Source of the DNA: Eubacteriales bacterium
GTDB lineage: Bacteria > Bacillota > Clostridia > Oscillospirales > CAG-272
Reading direction: 5' to 3'
Length of the DNA stretch: 50,646 nucleotides
Assembly (NCBI GenBank): GCA_045652135.1
Contig: JAZRTS010000168.1
Coordinates: 1 to 50,646 of the forward strand
The notes under the pieces: generated by a model
What the model saw: the letters and a program-made list of their open reading frames with translations, nothing else
What the model was told of the DNA's origin: nothing
Database searches by the model: none
Translations under genes and position numbers: made by a program
Shown here: positions 38,776-47,142 of the stretch, piece by piece
Numbering within the stretch: position 1 is the first letter of the stretch
Layout: every line of letters starts with the position of its first letter

Positions 38776-38850
38776 GTGTTTGAAAATACATAACACTACG
38801 GGCAGGCGAAAGCTTGCCCGAATGGTTTGTAATATGAAAGAAGGTAATAG

Positions 38851-40179
38851 GTGTTTATGGACGAAAATGAAAACATAACCGAAGATATCGAAGATATCAC
38901 AAAGCTTAGCGAGCCGGTCGAATCGGAAGGTTTCGATGGCGATACAGATGATTTTCGCGAACATAAAGCGAGCACTATAAAAAAGAAAAAGCGTACGGTG
39001 TCATATTTTACCGTTGCTGTAATTATGATACTCACAGCGGTGTTGGTTTTTCAAATAACATATCTCGCTGTTGGACAGATGTATAAAAGGGAAATAAACA
39101 GCCTTTTATCAAGCGGTATTTCGAATGCAAAATTAAACGAATTGAATAAAATATATAAAGAAAACTTTATATATGATTTCACTGAAAAGGATATCGAAAA
39201 CGGTCTTATACGTGGATATATATATGGTACAGGTGACAGATACGGTACGTATTATACTGCAGAGGAATACCAAGCATATATTAATCAGCTGAATGATAAA
39301 TCAACCGGAATCGGTGTTATCGCCGGATTTGATGCTTCGGAAAATGCCATAGAAGTCTACAGAGTATACAAAGATAGTCCCGCGGATAAATCAGGTATTG
39401 AGGTCGGTGACCGTATTTTTTCCGTAGACGGAACGAAAGTATCAGATGTTGGATTCGATACTGCTTTGGATCTTATTCTTGGCGATGTCGGCGAAGATGT
39501 TGTTCTTACTGTCAGAAAGAATGATTCTGCTGTAACGAAGGATATTTCCGTTACACGTAATGAATATACTGTATCTACAGTGGAATACAAGCTTACCGAC
39601 AACATAGGATATATTAAAATAACGAATTTTTACAACGATACGGTTAATGAATTGAAAGATGCCGTTGTTGATCTTAGAAATCAAGGCGCTGAAAGTTTGC
39701 TGTTTGATGTACGTGACAATGGCGGCGGATCGCTTGTCTCTATTGAGAAAACGCTTGATTATCTTTTGCCGAAGGGTATCATGTTTACTATAGAGGACAA
39801 AAAGGGGAACAAAGAGGTTTATGATTCCGATGCGTCTTGCGTTGATATGCCGATGGTGATTCTTGTTAACAGCAGAACTGCATCAGCAGCCGAGCTGTTC
39901 ACATCGGCTCTCATGGATTATGATAAAGCGGTTTCGGTTGGTGAGAAAACTCATGGTAAAGGATCTGTTTCAGCTCCCTTTAAACTGAGTGACGGATCTC
40001 ATGTATATCTTTCAACGGCGTTGTATTATCCTCCTGTATCAGATAATTTTGACGGCGAGGGTATAACTCCCGATCACAAAGTCAGTCTTTCGTATGAAGC
40101 TTCGCTTGTAAGTTTATATAAGCTGGCTTGGGAAGATGACGACCAACTGCAATATGCAATAGAGCTTTTAAAAAAATAA
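38851..40179 (+). CDS. S41 C-terminal processing peptidase (PDZ + protease)
   Basis: TM anchor, GIGV PDZ domain, DVRDNGGG, TASAAE, THGKG, GITPD. Confidence 0.92.
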   Translation: MFMDENENITEDIEDITKLSEPVESEGFDGDTDDFREHKASTIKKKKRTVSYFTVAVIMILTAVLVFQITYLAVGQMYKREINSLLSSGISNAKLNELNKIYKENFIYDFTEKDIENGLIRGYIYGTGDRYGTYYTAEEYQAYINQLNDKSTGIGVIAGFDASENAIEVYRVYKDSPADKSGIEVGDRIFSVDGTKVSDVGFDTALDLILGDVGEDVVLTVRKNDSAVTKDISVTRNEYTVSTVEYKLTDNIGYIKITNFYNDTVNELKDAVVDLRNQGAESLLFDVRDNGGGSLVSIEKTLDYLLPKGIMFTIEDKKGNKEVYDSDASCVDMPMVILVNSRTASAAELFTSALMDYDKAVSVGEKTHGKGSVSAPFKLSDGSHVYLSTALYYPPVSDNFDGEGITPDHKVSLSYEASLVSLYKLAWEDDDQLQYAIELLKK

Positions 40180-40211
40180 AATAGAAAAATAATAGAAAAG
40201 AGGAATATATA

Positions 40212-40688
40212 ATGGCTGATAACATCATAACAATAACCGAAGAAGGTTATAAAAAACTTAAAGAGGAACTTGAATATCTCAGAACCACGAAAAGAAACGA
40301 AGTAAGAGAAAGTGTAAAGGTTGCACGTTCATTTGGCGACTTATCGGAAAATGCCGAATATGACGCAGCAAGAACTGAGCAGGCTCAGGTTGAAGCACAA
40401 ATAGCTGAGCTTGAGGATAAGCTTTCGAGAATGAAGGTCGTTTCTGAAGATGACGTTACTACCGACAGAGTAAATGTAGGCGCAAAGGTAAAAATACACA
40501 ACCTTAACTTTGACGATGTTATCGAATATTCTCTCGTTGGTTCTACAGAAGCCGATCCTTTCCAGAATAAAATATCCGACAGTTCTCCCATAGGTAAGGC
40601 GATAATCGGCGCGAAGGTAGGCGACACGGTAACAGTGCGTCTGCCTAAGGGTGATATGCAGATAGTTATTCTTGAGATAAGCAAATAA
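40212..40688 (+). CDS. greA: Transcription elongation factor GreA
   Basis: T.EGY.KL.EEL, ARSFGDLSENAEYDAA, IS..SPIGKA. Confidence 0.97.
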   Translation: MADNIITITEEGYKKLKEELEYLRTTKRNEVRESVKVARSFGDLSENAEYDAARTEQAQVEAQIAELEDKLSRMKVVSEDDVTTDRVNVGAKVKIHNLNFDDVIEYSLVGSTEADPFQNKISDSSPIGKAIIGAKVGDTVTVRLPKGDMQIVILEISK

Positions 40689-40703
40689 GAAGGAGTTTTC
40701 AAA

Positions 40704-42200
40704 ATGAGTGAGGAATTGAACACGGCAGAACAGGTGAATGAAGTTGATGTTTCATCTGAAATAGCCATTCGCAGAGCAAAGCTGGATACACTTAAAAATG
40801 ACGGTAAGAATCCGTTTGAGGTAACGAAATATAATGTTACTGCAGAAGCAGCTGTTATCAAAGAAAAATTTGAAGAATACGAGAATCAGACTGTAAGAAT
40901 TGCCGGAAGAATCATGTCAAGACGCGATATGGGTAAAGCAAATTTTATCGATGTGGCAGATTCAACGGGAAGAATTCAGACGTACATCAAAATAGACGAC
41001 GTAGGCGAAGATGTATTTGAAGGATATAAAAAGTGGGATATTGGTGATATTATCGGTATCGAGGGATTTGTTTTCAGAACGAGACGAGGCGAAATATCCA
41101 TTCACGCAAAGAAGCTCGAGCTTTTGACAAAATCACTCCTTCCGCTTCCCGAAAAGTGGCATGGACTTAAGGACCAGGATACACGTTACAGAAGACGTTA
41201 TGTTGACCTTATCGTTAATCCTGAGGTTAAGGATACGTTCGTTAAGCGTTCGCAGATTATAAGAGAGCTTCGCGCTTTCCTTGATGAAAAAGGATTTCTT
41301 GAGGTTGATACACCCGTTCTTCACACGCTTGAAATCGGTGCATCTGCACGTCCTTTCGTAACGCATCATAATGCGCTTGATATAGATATGTACCTCCGTA
41401 TTGAAACAGAGCTTTATCTGAAGCGTCTTATCGTCGGTGGCTTTAACAAAGTGTATGAAGTCGGCAGAATCTTCAGAAACGAAGGTATGGATATTAAGCA
41501 CAATCCCGAATTTACTTCTATTGAGCTTTATCAGGCATATGCTGATTATCACGAGATAATGGACCTTGTTGAGGAACTCTATGTTCATATTACGAAGAAG
41601 ATATGCGGTAGTGACGTTATAATGTATCAGGGAACTGAAATCAATATGGCATCTCCGTGGCAGCGTTTGACGATGGCTGAATCTGTTAAGATGTATTCGG
41701 GTGAGGATTACTACGAATGGACTTCTGACGAGGATGCACGTGCAAGGGCGAAGGCAAGAGGCGTTGAAATTGAAGAAGGTGCAACGAAAGGTGATGTTCT
41801 TGCAGCATTTTTTGATGAGTACGTTGAAGAAAAGCTTATACAGCCTACATTTATCTACGATTATCCCGTTGAAATTTCACCTTTGGCGAAGAGAAAGCCC
41901 GAAGATCCTGCGTTCACTGAACGCTTTGAGTTCTTTATTTACGCACGCGAGATGGGTAACGCCTTCTCCGAGCTTAATGACCCCATCGACCAGCGTGACC
42001 GTTTTGAACGTCAGGTTGCGGCAAAACGAGCAACAGGAGCAAACGCAGAGGTTGATGAAGACTTCCTTATGGCGCTTGAATACGGTATGCCACCTACAGG
42101 CGGTCTCGGTTTCGGTGTTGACAGACTTGTTATGCTCTTGACAGATAGCTACTCTATCCGTGATGTTCTCTTATTTCCGACAATGAAGCCGTTAGATTGA
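40704..42200 (+). CDS. lysS: Lysine--tRNA ligase
   Basis: PLPEKWHGL, YLRI..ELYLKRL.VGG, FRNEG..HNPEFT, ALEYGMPPTGG.G.G.DRL. Confidence 0.98.
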   Translation: MSEELNTAEQVNEVDVSSEIAIRRAKLDTLKNDGKNPFEVTKYNVTAEAAVIKEKFEEYENQTVRIAGRIMSRRDMGKANFIDVADSTGRIQTYIKIDDVGEDVFEGYKKWDIGDIIGIEGFVFRTRRGEISIHAKKLELLTKSLLPLPEKWHGLKDQDTRYRRRYVDLIVNPEVKDTFVKRSQIIRELRAFLDEKGFLEVDTPVLHTLEIGASARPFVTHHNALDIDMYLRIETELYLKRLIVGGFNKVYEVGRIFRNEGMDIKHNPEFTSIELYQAYADYHEIMDLVEELYVHITKKICGSDVIMYQGTEINMASPWQRLTMAESVKMYSGEDYYEWTSDEDARARAKARGVEIEEGATKGDVLAAFFDEYVEEKLIQPTFIYDYPVEISPLAKRKPEDPAFTERFEFFIYAREMGNAFSELNDPIDQRDRFERQVAAKRATGANAEVDEDFLMALEYGMPPTGGLGFGVDRLVMLLTDSYSIRDVLLFPTMKPLD

Positions 42201-42213
42201 TAAGTTACGATAC

Positions 42214-42241
42214 CCCAAGATATCTCTCGATATCTTGGGTT
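42214..42241. repeat. Hairpin copy A (lysS terminator position)
   Basis: CCCAAGATATC-TCTC-GATATCTTGGG(TT); near-identical to 43434-43463. Confidence 0.8.
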
Positions 42242-42332
42242 GTTTCATAAGGTCAAACCAAAAGTTAAGCCAATCGATGCGTATGTCCTGTTTATGGGAC
42301 ATCAATTGTGCTACTATATTTTATAGAAGGGC

Positions 42333-43262
42333 GTGAAATACACTATGTATTTGGAAAGATTCACATTGCCGATCGATATGGAAGATGATTTGTTGGCTGA
42401 CCGAGCGGCGGAAAATGGTGGTCCCTATGGATATGTGGACAATCCGTATCCGTGTGGTCTATTTGCGGAGAAAGATTTGTTTGAAATCGGATTTAAGAAA
42501 ATTACGATTCTGTATGGTGGAAACGGATCGGGAAAGAGCACACTTCTTAATTTGATAGCCGAAAAGTTAAAGTTGAATCGTATTGCACCCTATAACTCCA
42601 GCGAAATGTTTGCATCCTATGTAGAAAACTGTGAATACTCACTTGGATATGATGATGAAGGATTTGAACATCGCATACCAAACGGAAGCAGGATCATCAC
42701 CAGTGATGATATTTTTGACTATATGCTTACTGTTCGCACAAATAATAACGAAATCATTGAGAGTAAAGAAACTGCGAAAGATGAGTGGGCAAATCTCAAA
42801 TTTGGTGAAACGGTGAAATTCTCCGGAATGCAGGACTATGAAGCGTTGCGGTTACAGGTGCTCGCTCGGAAAAAGTCTGTATCACGCAGACAGTTTATTC
42901 GCAAGACGGTAGGAACCGAAGTGAAACTGAACAGTAACGGTGAAACCGCACTGCAATACTTTGAGCAAAAGTTAAAAAACGATACTTTATATTGTTTAGA
43001 TGAGCCGGAAAACAGCATGTCGCCTAAAATGCAATTGGAACTTGTTAAAATGTTGGAGGAGATGGCACGCTATTGTGGTTGTCAGTTTGTGATTGCTACC
43101 CATTCTCCGTTCTTATTGGCTTTGGATGGAGCACGAATTTATGATTTGGATTCCCGTCCTGCCGAAATAAAAGAGTGGTGGGAGTTGGAAAACACAAAGA
43201 TATATTTTAATTTTTTTGAAAAGAACCGACATTTTTTCAAAAGTGAATTTAACCCAATTTAA
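42333..43262 (+). CDS. ABC/AAA_21-type ATPase (COG3910-like), no TM domain
   Basis: Walker A GGNGSGKST, signature SNGE, Walker B/D-loop YCLDEPENSMSP, IATHSP. Confidence 0.85.
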   Translation: MKYTMYLERFTLPIDMEDDLLADRAAENGGPYGYVDNPYPCGLFAEKDLFEIGFKKITILYGGNGSGKSTLLNLIAEKLKLNRIAPYNSSEMFASYVENCEYSLGYDDEGFEHRIPNGSRIITSDDIFDYMLTVRTNNNEIIESKETAKDEWANLKFGETVKFSGMQDYEALRLQVLARKKSVSRRQFIRKTVGTEVKLNSNGETALQYFEQKLKNDTLYCLDEPENSMSPKMQLELVKMLEEMARYCGCQFVIATHSPFLLALDGARIYDLDSRPAEIKEWWELENTKIYFNFFEKNRHFFKSEFNPI

Positions 43263-43433
43263 GCCACAACTTAAACCAAAAAATATTCCACAATCTTAAT
43301 CTATCGGAAGTTATCGTACCCACGTGCAAAGTGAGAGAAATTGAGAGCGGAACTTATCGAGCGTTACCTAAACTAATCGGACTTTAGAGCGGTAGATCCC
43401 CACGATGAAACCACTTGACTGATGAATTTATGT

Positions 43434-43463
43434 AACCCAAGATATCGAATGATATCTTGGGTT
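43434..43463. repeat. Hairpin copy B
   Basis: AACCCAAGATATC-GAAT-GATATCTTGGGTT. Confidence 0.8.
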
Positions 43464-43517
43464 TGCTGTATTAAAACATATTATCTGAGTATATGATAAT
43501 TTTTTATTGAAGGAAGC

Positions 43518-43961
43518 GTGTTTATGAGTTTTATGGATTCGTATAAGCGTTTGGAAAAGCTGTGCGGTGATGTTTTGAATGACGAACGCAAAATTTCTGC
43601 TTATATTGACAAAATGATCAATACACCGAATGGACGCAATCTTGTGGATGGCTGGGATGATGATTTAAAACAACTTAAACATTATCGCTGGATAAGAAAT
43701 AAAATTGCGCACGAACCAAATTGTACGGAATCGAATATGTGTACCCGTAGTGATACGAAATGGATCAATAATTTTTACTCACGAGTATTAAAACAGAAAG
43801 ATCCCATTTCGCTTTACAGCAAAGCAAATAAATCACGTTCTGTACATAGGTCGAGGAAAAAAGGCGGCAAACGTAAAAATAAGATTAAGTTGTTCGGTAT
43901 TCTGATTGTTGTTATTGCTGTACTTTTAATTATTGCGATAAAAGTAATATTTACACGATGA
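43518..43961 (+). CDS. DUF6548-like protein with HEPN-like RxxxxH motif and C-terminal TM helix
   Basis: F..SYKRLEKLC, LK.YRWIRNKIAHE, basic stretch plus hydrophobic tail; likely start ATG 43524. Confidence 0.65.
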   Translation: MFMSFMDSYKRLEKLCGDVLNDERKISAYIDKMINTPNGRNLVDGWDDDLKQLKHYRWIRNKIAHEPNCTESNMCTRSDTKWINNFYSRVLKQKDPISLYSKANKSRSVHRSRKKGGKRKNKIKLFGILIVVIAVLLIIAIKVIFTR

Positions 43962-44022
43962 TAAAATGCTTAAACTGAAAATATGTAATATGGCACGTTA
44001 ACATATAAGGGAAGTCGAAGAT

Positions 44023-45399
44023 ATGTCAAAAGAAAACGTGAAGAAGAAAATACTTGACGAAACACTTGCAGCAAAACATAGAAATGAGGCGGCTATATCT
44101 TGCCTTAAAGATACGGTTACGCTTACTGATTATCGTTATCTTACAAGTGAAGGTGAATACGGTGTAGTTTGGACTAAAGCATTTCAAACGGCACTTAGTG
44201 AACATGAAATAGTTATAATTCCACCTTCGGACACAATTTATTGGCTTGACGGAACTATTTTTGTACCTTCAAACAGACGTATCGAAGCAAATGGAGCGAC
44301 TATAAGACTCGTGCCTGAATTTCCTTATATTATGATGTGCAACGAGCATATCAAAGACGGAACGTATGCTCCTGTTGATACATCTGATCGTGATACAAAT
44401 ATATCAATTCACGGTGGAAATTGGGAAGAAGTTTGTGTTTCGCGAGGTAAGCGCAGACTTAATGCAGATTTCGAAAATACGTTCAAGGGTGTTCAGACAA
44501 CGATGCTTTTTAACAATCTCGACCATCTGACAATTACCGATGTCACGTTCTCGCACGCAAATTCTTTTTGCGTTCAGGTAGGCGATCTTACAGATGGAGT
44601 TTTTGAGAATTTCAGCTTTATTTCTTGTTTTGCGGATGGCTTGCACGTTAACGGCAACTGCGAAAATCTTTATATCTGTAATTTCAAAGGACACGTTGGG
44701 GATGACCTTGTTGCGCTAAATATGTATGACTGGATACATTCCTCTGTGAATTATGGTCCGGCAAGAAATATTTATTGTGAAAATATCATTTCCGAACCTG
44801 ATAGCAGAGCCAAGATGATGCGTTTACAACCCGGTATGTTCAGATTTGAAGATGGTACACTCGTTGATTGCGCACTTACAAACGTTTACATAAAGCACGC
44901 GCGAGGAATCTTTGAGTACAAACTCTATTTTCAGTCGCCACGCTATTTTATCGGAAGTAAGCCTGAAGGCGAGGGGGCAGGCTCGGCAGATAATATCTTT
45001 TTTGAAGATATCGGAATTGTCGCCCAGCGTCCGTGGTATCCTGATGAGGATGATGACGTAAGGGGACACTTCGGAATGTTTTTTATAAATTCCAACGTTG
45101 GATATCTTTCTCTTGAAAATATTCAGTATACGACAGATGAGAACACAAGTGATAAAACGCATCTTATCGTTGCAGGACCGATGTCTTGCATAAGAGACGG
45201 AAAAGAAGTGTTTGATCCATATGTCAGTGCAACACTTGACACGCTTGAGCTTAAAGATATTTTTCTCAATGGTGAGAAAGTAACGAAACCCGACGGAATC
45301 ATAAAGATAGTGGAATTTGATAACATAAATGGTGACGGTAATTCATCCGGTAAGGGTAAAATTAATCACGTTATACTTGACGGAAAAACGGTATTATAA
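44023..45399 (+). CDS. Pectin-lyase-like parallel beta-helix protein
   Basis: AFQTAL, I.VPSN..I..NGATIRL, ADGLHVNG, GDDLVALN repeats; no obvious signal peptide. Confidence 0.65.
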   Translation: MSKENVKKKILDETLAAKHRNEAAISCLKDTVTLTDYRYLTSEGEYGVVWTKAFQTALSEHEIVIIPPSDTIYWLDGTIFVPSNRRIEANGATIRLVPEFPYIMMCNEHIKDGTYAPVDTSDRDTNISIHGGNWEEVCVSRGKRRLNADFENTFKGVQTTMLFNNLDHLTITDVTFSHANSFCVQVGDLTDGVFENFSFISCFADGLHVNGNCENLYICNFKGHVGDDLVALNMYDWIHSSVNYGPARNIYCENIISEPDSRAKMMRLQPGMFRFEDGTLVDCALTNVYIKHARGIFEYKLYFQSPRYFIGSKPEGEGAGSADNIFFEDIGIVAQRPWYPDEDDDVRGHFGMFFINSNVGYLSLENIQYTTDENTSDKTHLIVAGPMSCIRDGKEVFDPYVSATLDTLELKDIFLNGEKVTKPDGIIKIVEFDNINGDGNSSGKGKINHVILDGKTVL

Positions 45400-45418
45400 T
45401 TCTGAAAAGAAATGTTCC

Positions 45419-45459
45419 AAAAACAGATGCACAAGATTTTCTTGCGTGTCTGTTTTTTT
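45419..45459 (+). terminator. Rho-independent terminator
   Basis: AAAAACAGATGCACAAGA-TTT-TCTTGCGTGTCTGTTTTTTT. Confidence 0.85.
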
Positions 45460-45585
45460 GTTTATTTTGAATTTTGCAATATTTATTCGGAAGATCAATT
45501 AACGGACATATATATTGCAAATCTTTTGATAGATTTATACATTATTTTTTGTTATAATGAATAAAAAGCTTGAAAGGAAATTGCG

Positions 45586-46269
45586 TTGAAAAAAATAATT
45601 AATTGGTTTAAAGAATACGGATATTATTATAAAATGCACTTTGTTGCAGGCGGATTTGCACTTATTATATGTATAATTCTTGTTGTTCAGATATTCACAA
45701 AGACGGATTATGATATTTTTGTAACATATTTAGGTCCTGTGTCGCATACTGTAGACGGACTTGAATCTATAGAGAACGCTATAAAAGAAACACTTGATGA
45801 TGAGCTTTCGGAGAATGTGAAAGAAATATCGATACGTGATATCGTATATCTTAATAAAGAACTTTTTACGCAAAGCAGAAACGACGATATGTTTGTGTCA
45901 TCAACTTCAAATAGTGATGCTGTCAAACTTCTGAACAGCGAAATAAGCGTTGGAGACTCGTACATTTATATACTTGACAAAGAGCAGTACGATCTGATTA
46001 AAACATCAGGAGCTTTATCAAAGCTGTCCGACGTCGTGAAAAACATTCCTGACGGTGCGGATATTTATGGTATTCCGATAAAAAAGACTGAATTTGGAAA
46101 TGCGTTTGCTTGCTTTGCAAATTACAGAGATGATATGTACCTTTGTTTGCGCGCGAATACTTCCGGAAGTGCTGTATCGGCACTTAAGGGAAAGGAAACT
46201 GTAGAGGCTGAATTTGAGCTTCACAGAAAAGTTTTTGAGTGTATCTTGAATTATCAATCGGAGGATTAA
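45586..46269 (+). CDS. Hypothetical membrane-anchored extracytoplasmic protein
   Basis: YYYK motif plus one N-terminal TM; RBS AAAGGA before TTG. Confidence 0.65.
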   Translation: MKKIINWFKEYGYYYKMHFVAGGFALIICIILVVQIFTKTDYDIFVTYLGPVSHTVDGLESIENAIKETLDDELSENVKEISIRDIVYLNKELFTQSRNDDMFVSSTSNSDAVKLLNSEISVGDSYIYILDKEQYDLIKTSGALSKLSDVVKNIPDGADIYGIPIKKTEFGNAFACFANYRDDMYLCLRANTSGSAVSALKGKETVEAEFELHRKVFECILNYQSED

Positions 46270-46312
46270 CAAAAAAGCAACCGAATGGGTGTCTTCCATA
46301 AAGCAGGTTTTA
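46270..46312 (+). repeat. Left copy of imperfect ~43-bp inverted repeat
   Basis: CAAAAAAGCAACCGAATGGGTGTCTTCCATAAAGCAGGTTTTA matches the reverse complement of 47086-47129. Confidence 0.65.
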
Positions 46313-46327
46313 CCTACCGAGAATATC

Positions 46328-46391
46328 GTAGGGCGGTGGCTTGCTGTTGCCGAAAACAAACGGCAAAATCAAAGAAATCGGCCCGACCTAC
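46328..46391. repeat. Degenerate GTAG-type REP/REPIN-like element
   Basis: GTAGGGCGGTGGCTTGCTGTTGCCG-AAAACAAA-CGGCAA...CCCGACCTAC; GTAG/CTAC termini with internal hairpin. Confidence 0.5.
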
Positions 46392-46440
46392 AATAAAAGA
46401 TGACAAAAGCCACTCTTAAACAAGAGAAAATATCTTTTGC

Positions 46441-46469
46441 TTGACAAAACAACAATAATATTATACAAT
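46441..46469 (+). promoter_or_regulatory. Sigma-A promoter
   Basis: TTGACA-N17-TACAAT. Confidence 0.75.
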
Positions 46470-46504
46470 AAATACAACAAAATTTTGTTTCGAGGTGGTT
46501 TATT

Positions 46505-47032
46505 GTGACGGATCATTTTGAAAGACATAAGAAATATATACTAAGAAATAGAAGAATAGCTACTTTCACTTTGATAACCGGTTTGATTTATTTGGTTCTG
46601 TTTTTGTGGGCATTCTTTAAAAAGCCGAATATTATTTGGATTACCATCATTCCTCTGGCTGTAATTTTAATAGCTTCTATTTGCATTGCAACAACAAATC
46701 GTTTGCTAAAACAATTTTCAAAAATTCAAATATCTCAAATTAGCGAAATTAAAATTTCTCACCCCAAAATTGATTTTCTAACAACTCCAGAACTAACACC
46801 GACTACACATAGTGTTAGGCAGAAATATTATGGTATAAAGATTATTGGTGAACAAAAATTCTATTACCTATTTGGAGAGTGTTATAGATACAACGCCGAA
46901 GAGTTGAAGAAGATACATAAAAAATTTAACGATGAAATCAGTATTCAATATTATGAAGGGACAACCATTATTAAAACGATACAGAATGATCCGTATTTTA
47001 TGAAATTTAAAGTCAGTTCATTCTATGGATGA
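46505..47032 (+). CDS. Hypothetical 2-TM membrane protein (AT-rich)
   Basis: RBS GAGGTG, two N-terminal TMs, own promoter and terminator. Confidence 0.7.
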   Translation: MTDHFERHKKYILRNRRIATFTLITGLIYLVLFLWAFFKKPNIIWITIIPLAVILIASICIATTNRLLKQFSKIQISQISEIKISHPKIDFLTTPELTPTTHSVRQKYYGIKIIGEQKFYYLFGECYRYNAEELKKIHKKFNDEISIQYYEGTTIIKTIQNDPYFMKFKVSSFYG

Positions 47033-47038
47033 ATTATT

Positions 47039-47083
47039 ATAACCGAAAAGGACGCGATGTATTCTCGCGTCCTTTTCGGTTAT
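47039..47083. terminator. Long perfect hairpin, probable bidirectional terminator
   Basis: 19-bp stem ATAACCGAAAAGGACGCGA / TCGCGTCCTTTTCGGTTAT with 7-nt loop. Confidence 0.85.
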
Positions 47084-47085
47084 TT

Positions 47086-47129
47086 TAAAATCTGCTTTAT
47101 CGCAGGTGCCCCAAACGGGTGTTTTTTTG
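47086..47129 (-). repeat. Right copy of imperfect ~43-bp inverted repeat
   Basis: Reverse complement CAAAAAAACACCCGTTTGGGGCACCTGCGATAAAGCAGATTTTA. Confidence 0.65.
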
Positions 47130-47142
47130 ATTGTATAACTGA

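Noticed and set aside
42214-43463. CRISPR array or integron attC array
   Set aside because: Only two hairpin copies 1.2 kb apart; no regular spacers, cas genes, integrase or attC R-box/extrahelical-base pattern.
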